From: an uncultured virus (IMG/VR IMGVR_UViG_3300016471_000568)
Taxonomy: Duplodnaviria; Heunggongvirae; Uroviricota; Caudoviricetes
DNA length: 64,000 nucleotides
Virus record (IMG/VR): IMGVR_UViG_3300016471_000568
Direction: 5' to 3' (one strand)
Shown here one piece after another: positions 48,504 to 57,851 of the stretch. Within the stretch, counting starts at the first letter, position 1. Every line of letters begins with the position of its first letter. The position numbers and the translations under genes were made by a program. Below the pieces are notes generated by a model that saw nothing but the letters and a program-made list of their open reading frames with translations, was not told where the DNA came from and ran no database searches.

Positions 48504-49400
48504 ATGGCCGAACGACATAAAAGCAAGTATAAAAAACCAGAAAACAAAAAACCAACATATCGTAAAGATCTTAAAGATTATACATATGATGATAAAAAAG
48601 GTGGTTTGAATCCAAAATCTACTGGAGATAAACAACTTAATGTTTTACGTAAAAAAGATAAACCGTTACAAGATGACGGAAAAATGTATCCAACATACAA
48701 TGCAGATGATCGACTTTACAAAGATATTGAAGATGGAGAATGGGAACCTAAAACTGCAGCAAAACGGTTAAAAAAACGACAAGATGCAGAAGAAAAAGAA
48801 ACAGCTAATGTTTTGCGAGATAAAATTGAAAATTTAACAAGAGAACAACGAGAACGATTAATACGAGAATATATTCGAAGAAAACTTATTCCTATTATAT
48901 TAGAACAACCAACTAAAACTGATGATACAAAAGCCGCTGATACAAAAGCGCCAACACCAACTAATGCAACACCAACTGATGCCGGTGCTGAGACCGAAGA
49001 ACCAACACCAACTGATGCACCACCAACACCAACTGATGCACCACCAACACCAACTGATGCACCACCAACACCAACTGATGCACCACCAACACCAACTGAT
49101 GCTGAGACTGAAGAAGAACCAACGCCAACTGATGCTGAGACTGAAGAAGAACCAAAACCCGCTGATTCAGATAAACAAGTTGCTCCAGAAACAAAAGAAA
49201 CAATTGATTTAGATCGATTTATTAAATATCTTAAAAAACAAGATGGAATGATTGCTAGAATCAAAGTTTTAATTAAAGCAATGAATTTATCTATGAATGA
49301 AACCGATCCAGCAGATCAAATTAATTTTTATAAAATGTTACGAAGTACTGCAATTAAAAAACTTGGTTCTTTAGATGCATCTAAAAATTCTAATAAATAA
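48504..49400 (+). CDS. hypothetical protein with Pro/Thr repeat linker
   Basis: PTPTDAP repeats; late box upstream. Confidence 0.75.
   Translation: MAERHKSKYKKPENKKPTYRKDLKDYTYDDKKGGLNPKSTGDKQLNVLRKKDKPLQDDGKMYPTYNADDRLYKDIEDGEWEPKTAAKRLKKRQDAEEKETANVLRDKIENLTREQRERLIREYIRRKLIPIILEQPTKTDDTKAADTKAPTPTNATPTDAGAETEEPTPTDAPPTPTDAPPTPTDAPPTPTDAPPTPTDAETEEEPTPTDAETEEEPKPADSDKQVAPETKETIDLDRFIKYLKKQDGMIARIKVLIKAMNLSMNETDPADQINFYKMLRSTAIKKLGSLDASKNSNK
49002..49102 (+). repeat. 21-bp tandem repeat x4 plus partial
   Basis: CCAACACCAACTGATGCACCA. Confidence 0.9.
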
Positions 49401-49408
49401 AAAAAAAT

Positions 49409-50059
49409 ATGTCAAAAAAGTTACAAAACGTTAAAGCTGTTCAACAAATGTTGGATGGAACACATAAATTTCAAACTAAAAAATCTATTGGATTTTCAGA
49501 TGCAAAATCTCAAGCAAAAAATTCTGAGCGACACGATGTTGGGGATATTTGGGAAGAAACAGATTCGGATGGAAATACGTATATTGTAGAACAACGAGAA
49601 GGTTTTCGAATACGTAAAACAAAAAATTCTGACATATTTCAAAGTATTCGAGATGAATTGCAATCATTTCCTAATTGTAGAAAAGACGTATGCACATGTG
49701 TTGGCACGCATCGATTAGATCAAAAAATGCGTAAAATTCATGGAATGTGTTTTGATTGTGTAATCGAAATGGAGCATGAATTAAAAAAAGCTGGAAAATA
49801 TGATGAATATGAACGAAATAAAATTCGAGAAAATGCATTGTCATGGTTACGAGATGCAGAGCGAGATGTTGCAATGTTAAAACAAGCATATACACAAGCA
49901 CAAGAATTTGTTTCAAATTCTGAAGGACGGGTTGAACACTGGACATCAAAAATGACCGCAGACGAATTTGAAAATACCATACAAAAGCAATTTGACGAAT
50001 TTAAAATAAAATTTTTAGCTAATTTAAATAAAAAACAAAAACAAGATGAAAACAATTAA
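49409..50059 (+). CDS. hypothetical protein with Cys cluster
   Basis: CRKDVCTC and CFDC. Confidence 0.7.
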   Translation: MSKKLQNVKAVQQMLDGTHKFQTKKSIGFSDAKSQAKNSERHDVGDIWEETDSDGNTYIVEQREGFRIRKTKNSDIFQSIRDELQSFPNCRKDVCTCVGTHRLDQKMRKIHGMCFDCVIEMEHELKKAGKYDEYERNKIRENALSWLRDAERDVAMLKQAYTQAQEFVSNSEGRVEHWTSKMTADEFENTIQKQFDEFKIKFLANLNKKQKQDENN

Positions 50060-50381
50060 AAAATATTGGGGCATCATAGTTGGTGCAATCGTAACAATTA
50101 TTGCAATTATTTTTGCAACTGACAAATATAACAAAAAGAAAGTTACAAAATTTGATAAAAAAATTGATGATAATAATCAACAAATTGATGTAATTCAAGG
50201 CAAAACCGAAATAATTGATGAACAACGAAACAACATTAAACAACAAATTGATAAAACTAAAACAGATATTGAAACATTGCAAGACGCAAAAGACAATATA
50301 CAAATAACAGAATTGCCAGTTGATCAAGCCAAACAAAACATTTTAAACAAAACACGCCGCGGGCGAAAACCAAAAAAATAA
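50046..50381 (+). CDS. membrane-anchored coiled-coil protein
   Basis: N-terminal TM helix WGIIVGAIVTIIAIIFA followed by coiled coil. Confidence 0.7.
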   Translation: MKTIKKYWGIIVGAIVTIIAIIFATDKYNKKKVTKFDKKIDDNNQQIDVIQGKTEIIDEQRNNIKQQIDKTKTDIETLQDAKDNIQITELPVDQAKQNILNKTRRGRKPKK

Positions 50382-50382
50382 C

Positions 50383-50763
50383 ATGAAACGATTATTAATT
50401 ATACTTTTATTTCCATTGTTTGCATTTACGCAAACTATACCAGATACATGTTTTACGCAGCAAGAAATTGTTGATATCTCATACACAATAGATTCGTTGT
50501 TTGCATTGGATTCAATTAACGCGGCTCTGATTGATAAATACAGTGTGTTGTCAAAACAACATGAAGAATTAATTAAATTAGATTCCATGCAAATACAATA
50601 TAAAAATCAACAAATTGCATTGCTGCAAGAAAACATAGAATTATATGTTCGACGAGAACGTTATTTAAAACCAAAATGGTATGATGCTAAAGGATTATGG
50701 TTTGCTGCTGGTATATTTACAACACTAGGATCTGGTATATTAATTAATGAACTATTAAAATAG
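50383..50763 (+). CDS. exported coiled-coil protein with C-terminal TM
   Basis: signal peptide MKRLLIILLFPLFAFTQ; C-terminal GLWFAAGIFTTLGSGILI. Confidence 0.7.
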   Translation: MKRLLIILLFPLFAFTQTIPDTCFTQQEIVDISYTIDSLFALDSINAALIDKYSVLSKQHEELIKLDSMQIQYKNQQIALLQENIELYVRRERYLKPKWYDAKGLWFAAGIFTTLGSGILINELLK

Positions 50764-50764
50764 T

Positions 50765-52342
50765 ATGTCTCAAAACATAAAACAGATCATTCAACAACAG
50801 TACACAATGTGTGCGAAGGATCCAGTTTTTTTTATGCGACAATATTGTTATATTCAGCATCCAACTCGAGGAAAAATCAAATTTAATTTGTATGATTTTC
50901 AAGAAACTGCATTAACTGAATTGCGAGACAATCGTTACAATGTAATTTTAAAATCACGTCAGTTAGGTATATCAACATTAGCTGCCGGATTTGCTCTGTG
51001 GAGCATGTTGTTTAAAGAAGATTTTAACGTACTAGTTATTGCAACAACGCAAGAAGTAGCAAAAAATTTAGTAACTAAAGTACGGGTAATGCATGATAAT
51101 TTGCCTAGTTGGTTGCGCGGAACAATTGAAGCAGACAATAAGCTTTCTTTAAAATTTAAAAATGGCTCACAAATCAAAGCAGTATCATCTGCAACTACGG
51201 GTGCACGATCAGAAGCATTGTCATTGCTAGTTATTGATGAGGCTGCATTTATACGAAACATTGAAGAAATATGGATAGCATCACAAGCAACATTGTCAAC
51301 CGGTGGCGGCGCAATTGTTTTGTCTACTCCTAATGGCGTTGGAAATTGGTTTCATCAAACATGGGCAGATGCCGAATCAAACATCAACGGGTTTCACACA
51401 ATCAAATTGCATTGGACCGTACACCCGGATCGAGATCAAACGTGGCGCGATGAACAAACACAATTACTAGGAGAACGTGGTGCTGCACAAGAATGTGATT
51501 GTGATTTTATTTCATCCGGACATACTGTAATTGATGGTGCAATATTAATGGATTATGAAAACAAATGCATCGAACCTGTTGAACGTCGTGGATTTGATAA
51601 TGCATATTGGATTTGGGAGTATCCTAACTATGAAAAAAATTACATTGTAGTAGCAGACGTAGCTCGAGGCGACGGAGGCGACTGGTCAACATTTCATGTT
51701 ATTGATGTAGAATCAGTATCACAGGTTGCAGAATACAAAGGAAAATTACCACCTAAGGATTTTGGCAATATGCTTGTATCTGTTGCAACAGAATGGAACA
51801 ATGCGTTGCTAGCAATTGAAAACGCCAATATCGGTTGGGCGGCAATTCAACCAGCACTGGACCGAGGATATGAAAATTTATTTTATACATACAAAGATGA
51901 TGGTTATGTTGATGTAGACGTACAACTTAAAAAAGGTTATGATATGAAGGATAAATCGCAAATGGTTCCTGGCGTATCAACAACCTCACGTACGCGTCCA
52001 TTAATGATATCGGCACTTGAAATGTATATGCGAGAACGGACACCTGTAATCCGTTCTAAAAGATTGATTCAAGAACTTTTTGTTTTTATTTGGTTAAATG
52101 GAAAAGCACAATCGCAAACTGGATATAATGATGACTTAGTTATGTCTTTTTGTATTGGATTGTGGCTGCGCGATACGTCACTTAAACTTCGACAACAAGG
52201 AATTGAATTGCATAAACGTACGTTATCACAATTTCAAAAATCAGAAACAAAAATATATACAGGTCGGCCTTCAAACAATTCCGATGGTTGGACTTGGAAT
52301 AATGGACGAAATGAAGAAGATTTAACGTGGCTGATACGTTAA
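50765..52342 (+). CDS. terL: terminase large subunit
   Basis: LYDFQ, KSRQLGIST, LVIDEAAF, LSTPNG, ADVARG, NDDLVMS. Confidence 0.95.
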   Translation: MSQNIKQIIQQQYTMCAKDPVFFMRQYCYIQHPTRGKIKFNLYDFQETALTELRDNRYNVILKSRQLGISTLAAGFALWSMLFKEDFNVLVIATTQEVAKNLVTKVRVMHDNLPSWLRGTIEADNKLSLKFKNGSQIKAVSSATTGARSEALSLLVIDEAAFIRNIEEIWIASQATLSTGGGAIVLSTPNGVGNWFHQTWADAESNINGFHTIKLHWTVHPDRDQTWRDEQTQLLGERGAAQECDCDFISSGHTVIDGAILMDYENKCIEPVERRGFDNAYWIWEYPNYEKNYIVVADVARGDGGDWSTFHVIDVESVSQVAEYKGKLPPKDFGNMLVSVATEWNNALLAIENANIGWAAIQPALDRGYENLFYTYKDDGYVDVDVQLKKGYDMKDKSQMVPGVSTTSRTRPLMISALEMYMRERTPVIRSKRLIQELFVFIWLNGKAQSQTGYNDDLVMSFCIGLWLRDTSLKLRQQGIELHKRTLSQFQKSETKIYTGRPSNNSDGWTWNNGRNEEDLTWLIR

Positions 52343-52390
52343 TATTATAGATCTAAAACAAGTTATATTTATATTAAAATAGTTAATATT

Positions 52391-54232
52391 ATGCCTACAT
52401 TAAGAACTCGCTTACAAAATTTATTTGCTACTAACGTTATTGTTCGTGCATATGGTAAAGATCAATTAAAAGTTGTTGATACAAATCGATTACAGTCTCG
52501 TGGAAATTTAACACAATCGAAGGTTGCTGATAGATATACGCGCTTACATGGTGCAAACAAACATCGGGTTGGTGGCATGGGCGGATATGATTCTAATTAT
52601 TACATGCATCAAAATCGTATGCAGCTTTATGCAGATTATGAAATGATGGATCGAGATCCAATAATTAGTTCAGCATTAGATATATATTCAGATGAGTCTA
52701 CATTAACAGATCAATTTGGAGATATTTTAACTATTAAAACAAATAATACTCAAATACAAAAAATATTATACAATTTATTTTATGATGTTTTAAACATAGA
52801 ATTTAATCTTTGGACATGGATTCGTAACATGACAAAATATGGAGATTTTTTTTTAAAACTTGATATCACCGAAGAATATGGTGTAACAAATGTACGACCA
52901 TTTTCTAGTTACGAAATGGAACGATGGGAAGAATTCAACGAATTAACTGGACAATATAAAATTGAATTCAAAAACATTGCAAATCAACAAGCAACATATG
53001 ATGTTTTTGAAATAGCACATTTTAGAATGTTGTCAGATTCTAATTTTTTGCCATATGGTAGATCGATGTTGGAAGGGGCTCGCCATGAATTTCAAAAACT
53101 TATGATGATGGAAGATGCAATGTTAATACATCGTATTATGCGAGCTCCAGAAAAACGAATTTTTAAAATAGATATAGGAAATATTCCACCAAATGAAGTT
53201 GATAGTTTTATGGAACAAATTATCAATAAAATGAAAAAAATTCCTCATATTGATCCAAAAACTGGAAGTTACAATTTAAAATTTAATTTATCTAACATGT
53301 TAGAAGATTATTATTTACCGGTTCGAGGAGGACAATCATCTACTGCAATCGAAACATTACCAGGTATGACGTTTACCGGAATGGATGATATAAATTATAT
53401 TAAAGATAAAATGATGGCTGCGTTAAAAATTCCTAAACCATTTTTAGGTTATGCAGAAGCAGTTGAAGGAAAAACTACGTTAGCATCAATGGATATTAGA
53501 TTTGCCAGAACCATTGAACGCATACAAAAAATTGCTATATCAGAACTATATAAAATTGCAATTGTTCATTTATATACACAAGGATATGAAGGAGAAGATT
53601 TAATTGGATTTGAATTAGAATTGACTGCCCCATCGATTATATATGATCAACAAAAAGTTGCATTAATGACTGAAAAAATGACATTGGCAACATCGATGAA
53701 AGATTCAAAATTAGTTTCAGATAAATATATTTACGAATACATATTTAATATGTCTGAAGATCAATGGTTACAACAACGATCTGACGTTATTGAAGATTTA
53801 AAACTTAGATTTCGGCAAAATCAACTTGAACAAGAAGGCAATGATCCTGCTGTGACGGGTGTATCATTTGGTACGCCACACGATTTAGCATCAATACATA
53901 TGTCATCGGGTGAAGTAGAAAATAAAGATCTTGGTGGCCGACCAAAAGAAGGAATAAAATTTGGTCAACATAAAAATGAATTCGGATGGGATCCTACAGG
54001 AAAAAAAGAATTAGATCAAACATTTAATACACAAAATCAAAAATCAGCATTTCAACCAGATACTACATTATCCAAAACAAAAAATATTAATAGTTTAGCA
54101 GCAGAAAGTCATGATATACTAAAATATTTAAAATTAAAAACACCAAAAATGATTTTAGAATCATTAAAAAACAAGAATAAAGATTTTCTTAACGACGTTG
54201 GTACTATGTTAGATGAAGATAACATATTGTAA
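52391..54232 (+). CDS. portal protein (T4 gp20-like)
   Basis: MEDAMLIHRIMRAPEKRIFKIDIGNIP, MLEDYYLPVRGG, IETLPG, ALKIP. Confidence 0.92.
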   Translation: MPTLRTRLQNLFATNVIVRAYGKDQLKVVDTNRLQSRGNLTQSKVADRYTRLHGANKHRVGGMGGYDSNYYMHQNRMQLYADYEMMDRDPIISSALDIYSDESTLTDQFGDILTIKTNNTQIQKILYNLFYDVLNIEFNLWTWIRNMTKYGDFFLKLDITEEYGVTNVRPFSSYEMERWEEFNELTGQYKIEFKNIANQQATYDVFEIAHFRMLSDSNFLPYGRSMLEGARHEFQKLMMMEDAMLIHRIMRAPEKRIFKIDIGNIPPNEVDSFMEQIINKMKKIPHIDPKTGSYNLKFNLSNMLEDYYLPVRGGQSSTAIETLPGMTFTGMDDINYIKDKMMAALKIPKPFLGYAEAVEGKTTLASMDIRFARTIERIQKIAISELYKIAIVHLYTQGYEGEDLIGFELELTAPSIIYDQQKVALMTEKMTLATSMKDSKLVSDKYIYEYIFNMSEDQWLQQRSDVIEDLKLRFRQNQLEQEGNDPAVTGVSFGTPHDLASIHMSSGEVENKDLGGRPKEGIKFGQHKNEFGWDPTGKKELDQTFNTQNQKSAFQPDTTLSKTKNINSLAAESHDILKYLKLKTPKMILESLKNKNKDFLNDVGTMLDEDNIL

Positions 54233-54283
54233 TATTAGATTAAACTATATTTATTAAAAAGATAAATACTGTATAAAGGCGTA

Positions 54284-55135
54284 ATGAAAAAATTAAAACA
54301 TTCAAAATATAAAAATACTGGTATTCTTTTCGAACTGTTAGTAAGAAAACTAACATCGGAAACACTATCTTCGAATAAAACATCTACAATTGATATTATT
54401 AAAAAATATTTCGGTCGAAATACTGAATTGTCTAAAGAATTACAACTATATAATTTATTATTAAAAGAACAAAAATTTTATTCTGAAGCACAAATATTAG
54501 ATTATATTCGAATGATTAAAGAAAGTCATCATAAATTGAATCACGCTATATTAAAACGTCAAAAATATAATTTAGTTAAAGAAATATCTCAAAAATTTAT
54601 ATTTGATGATATTGCAAAAATTCATATACCTAACTATAAAACCTTAGCATCAGCATATATGATTTTTGAATATAATGAAACGGATAATCCAAAACAAATT
54701 TTAGAATGTAAATCTGTAATTGTTAACAATAACTTAATTAAAGAACATACGAATGTTAATAAAGATCCAATAATTGAAAATTTTAAATCACAAACAAAAG
54801 AAGTTCGTTTATTAACATATAAACTTCTTATAGACAAATTTAACAAAAAATATTCAGTGTTAGACGAATCTCAAAAACAATTACTAAATAAATATATTAC
54901 TAATGTTAACGATACTGTTGCATTAAAAGAATATATACAAACAATTATACCAAATATTAAAAAATCATTAATTATAGAAACAAAATTTATTACTGATACT
55001 GCTACTAAAATAAAAGTACAAAAACTATCTGAACTTTTATGTACTGTAGAAAACATGAAATTAATTAAAGAATCGCATATTCTTTCGTTGTTACGATATT
55101 TCGATTTGATTAAAGAATTAAAAGGATTACATTAA
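54284..55135 (+). CDS. head-module hypothetical protein
   Basis: ORF between portal and protease; late box upstream. Confidence 0.75.
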   Translation: MKKLKHSKYKNTGILFELLVRKLTSETLSSNKTSTIDIIKKYFGRNTELSKELQLYNLLLKEQKFYSEAQILDYIRMIKESHHKLNHAILKRQKYNLVKEISQKFIFDDIAKIHIPNYKTLASAYMIFEYNETDNPKQILECKSVIVNNNLIKEHTNVNKDPIIENFKSQTKEVRLLTYKLLIDKFNKKYSVLDESQKQLLNKYITNVNDTVALKEYIQTIIPNIKKSLIIETKFITDTATKIKVQKLSELLCTVENMKLIKESHILSLLRYFDLIKELKGLH

Positions 55136-55914
55136 TGCGATCGTTTTTACAAGAAATAGAACAAAAATTTGTAGTATTAAATGAATCATTAGATTCGGTT
55201 AATCAAGAAGATCATGATATTGATAATGATGGCGATATTGATAATTCAGATAAATATCTCAATAATCAAAGAGCTGTACGAAAAAAAATAATATCAAAAA
55301 ATGATTTGGATTTAGAAGAACAAAATGTTACGGCTGCATTAGATGGGGGGGCTGGTCCTCCGAGGACGCCAGCTGCATTTAGAAAACACGTTAAACGTGT
55401 CGATTATGCATCAGGTGTAGAAGAATCTATAAATAAATCAGCATCTTGGATTTTAGGTTCATATCAACATCCGGAGGACGAACAAGAAGAATATACTGAT
55501 AAATTTCCATTTGCAGAAACTGAGTTACGATGGCAACATAAAAATTACAAATACCCATCTGTAAATTTAACAAATACGCCGGGTATATCTAAAAGAAAAG
55601 ATAAAACTAAAAATTATATGAAACCTTCGGTTGCAGAAGCAATGGATTCAAAATACGAAAAACTTATTGAATCATATAGATCATATGCCACTGGAGATGC
55701 AAAATCGACGCCTGAACAAAAAATAAAACATACTATCAAAGAGGTTGCACGACAATTGCAAGAAATTGAACAAACTGTAAATTATGCATCTCGTTTAAAA
55801 ACAGAATCAGGAGTTGCAAGAAACGGATATGGGTCATCAGTAGATGCTGCATTAACAAAAATTTCGGAACGATTAATTAAAATTTCAGAACGAGTAAGAG
55901 CTTTAGGAGAATAA
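55135..55914 (+). CDS. putative internal head protein with DxDxDG loop
   Basis: MRSFLQE leader; DHDIDNDGDIDNSDKYL. Confidence 0.65.
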   Translation: MRSFLQEIEQKFVVLNESLDSVNQEDHDIDNDGDIDNSDKYLNNQRAVRKKIISKNDLDLEEQNVTAALDGGAGPPRTPAAFRKHVKRVDYASGVEESINKSASWILGSYQHPEDEQEEYTDKFPFAETELRWQHKNYKYPSVNLTNTPGISKRKDKTKNYMKPSVAEAMDSKYEKLIESYRSYATGDAKSTPEQKIKHTIKEVARQLQEIEQTVNYASRLKTESGVARNGYGSSVDAALTKISERLIKISERVRALGE

Positions 55915-55915
55915 A

Positions 55916-56545
55916 ATGTCAAAACAATTAATTGTAGAATACATGCCGTTTAAACCTGTTAATTCATTAACTGAATCAAATGGTGCTGCATATGGAATAC
56001 CTGGCGGAGTTATTGTTCAAGGAGTTTTGCAACGAGCAGGAGCTAAAAATCAAAATGGTCGAGTATATCCAAAACATATATTGGAACGAGAATGTCAACG
56101 ATATCAACAGGAATATATTGATCAACATCGAGCATTAGGTGAATTAGACCATCCAGAATCGTCTGTTGTTAATTTAAACAACGTATCACATAATGTTTTA
56201 AAAATTTGGTGGTCAGGAAATGATTTAAATGGCATTGTACAAATTTTGGATACCCCATCAGGAAAAATTCTTAAAGAATTATTTCGTGCTGGAATTACAC
56301 TGGGTATATCATCTCGAGGAATGGGGTCAGTAAAGGAATTACGAAATGAAGGAACGGTAGAAGTTCAAGAAGATTTTGAATTGATATGTTGGGACTTTGT
56401 ATCAAATCCGTCAACACATGGTGCATTTATGCGGCCATCTCATATGAATGAATCTATAAATAACTCCGTAAACAATAAATATAATAAAGTAAACAACATT
56501 ATTACATCGATATTATGTGATGATGGTAAATGTAGGATAGTATAA
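55916..56545 (+). CDS. prohead core protease (T4 gp21-like)
   Basis: KNQNGRVYP, LGELDHP, DTPSGK, GISSRGMGS, DFVSNPS. Confidence 0.93.
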   Translation: MSKQLIVEYMPFKPVNSLTESNGAAYGIPGGVIVQGVLQRAGAKNQNGRVYPKHILERECQRYQQEYIDQHRALGELDHPESSVVNLNNVSHNVLKIWWSGNDLNGIVQILDTPSGKILKELFRAGITLGISSRGMGSVKELRNEGTVEVQEDFELICWDFVSNPSTHGAFMRPSHMNESINNSVNNKYNKVNNIITSILCDDGKCRIV

Positions 56546-56922
56546 TGAAAACACCAAATTTAAAATTTATTTTAGAAACCATAATGCAAGATCAGCCCAA
56601 ACCATTAAGTATACAAGAAAAACGTGCATTTAAAGAAGCGGTTGCTAATTTTTCTGCAATGGGAGAATCTGTATATGGTAAAGGTGATATTGAAAATATC
56701 GTTGAACGCGTTAAAACTATTGTTGAAGGTGCCGATAAAATCATGACGGAAAGTGATGATTGGATGGCCAACATGGCACTTAAAAAAGAAAATAAAAGAA
56801 TGCATGAAGATTATAAAGATTTTTCAGAAGCTGCAATGCAATTAAAAGAAGCTCAACATCGAATGTCGATTGCATACGAAAATATTGGAAATCATTTGAA
56901 TCGTTTTTTTGAGGTTGGATAA
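56545..56922 (+). CDS. hypothetical head-module protein
   Basis: TAATG coupling; LKFILE leader. Confidence 0.7.
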   Translation: MKTPNLKFILETIMQDQPKPLSIQEKRAFKEAVANFSAMGESVYGKGDIENIVERVKTIVEGADKIMTESDDWMANMALKKENKRMHEDYKDFSEAAMQLKEAQHRMSIAYENIGNHLNRFFEVG

Positions 56923-56943
56923 TACAAAAAAAATTATTATAAT
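56915..56943 (+). promoter_or_regulatory. sigma70-type promoter TTGGAT-N17-TATAAT
   Basis: consensus -10 with exact 17-nt spacer. Confidence 0.65.
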
Positions 56944-56951
56944 ATAGGTAT

Positions 56952-57422
56952 ATGATGGATAAACTTAGAAAAATTTATCGAGATTTTTTTGGATTGCAAG
57001 AACAAACAAAAACAAACTTAGATCCAAAACAAATATCATTATATAACACTCAATTGAAACAAACAATTGATTTAACCAATCAATTAAAAAATAGTATGGC
57101 AGAATCTGATTTAGATGAAGCACAATTAGTTAATAATTTAACAGATTATCAAGGTGGAGTAGAATATGTACTTCGAGATTCCGCTGCTGCTCAGCAAACA
57201 GCAAGCGAAATTCAAGAATGGGCAGAACGAAAAGGATTTACTATAATTAAAAAAACAATATCAAAAACAGGAAAAATAGGATATTTTTATTTTAGATTAG
57301 GACAAGATCCTGCGTTAGAATCACAAAAGCTTCAAGGTTATTTAGCACAAAAACCAGAATTAAAACATTTTAGATTTAACGTACGACAACAAACGCCTAA
57401 AACGTCACAAGAAAAAATTTAA
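56952..57422 (+). CDS. hypothetical protein (156 aa)
   Basis: ORF downstream of promoter. Confidence 0.7.
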   Translation: MMDKLRKIYRDFFGLQEQTKTNLDPKQISLYNTQLKQTIDLTNQLKNSMAESDLDEAQLVNNLTDYQGGVEYVLRDSAAAQQTASEIQEWAERKGFTIIKKTISKTGKIGYFYFRLGQDPALESQKLQGYLAQKPELKHFRFNVRQQTPKTSQEKI

Positions 57423-57431
57423 TAGTTATAT

Positions 57432-57671
57432 ATGAATAAAAAACAAAAACAACATCAAACAATTGTACCAGGTAATGCTGCAGCAGTTAATGTAATTAAT
57501 CAAGATTTAGGATTTGCTTTACGAACTTGGAAACGCAAAGTAAAAGAATCGAGAGTATTAGAATATGTTAAAGAAAATCAAACATATACTAAACCTAGTG
57601 TTAAACGAAAAAATATAATTTCAAAAGCAAGTTATCGACAAAAAATACAAGATCAACAAAATAAATTTTAA
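57432..57671 (+). CDS. rpsU: phage-encoded ribosomal protein bS21-like
   Basis: VNVINQDLGFALRTWKRKV...YTKPSVKRK matches bS21 ALRRFKR...YEKPS. Confidence 0.75.
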   Translation: MNKKQKQHQTIVPGNAAAVNVINQDLGFALRTWKRKVKESRVLEYVKENQTYTKPSVKRKNIISKASYRQKIQDQQNKF

Positions 57672-57679
57672 AAATTTTT

Positions 57680-57709
57680 AAGTCCTAGCAAAAAAGTTAG
57701 GACTTTTTT
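57680..57709 (+). terminator. intrinsic terminator
   Basis: AAGTCCTAGC-AAAAAA-GTTAGGACTT-TTTT. Confidence 0.8.
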
Positions 57710-57851
57710 ACTGTTTTTTCAAATATGTCTATATTTATTGTAGAAATACGCTATTCATTCATTATATAGCGTTTATACGTAATTATTTATATTCTATTAA
57801 GATTTTAAAATAATCTTATTTCCAAAAAAAAACAAATTTAAGGAGAAAAAA

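Noticed and set aside
48716..49264. Antisense and alternative-frame repeat ORFs (VGVGGAS, HQLMHHQ)
   Set aside because: They are stop-free shadows of the 21-bp minisatellite.
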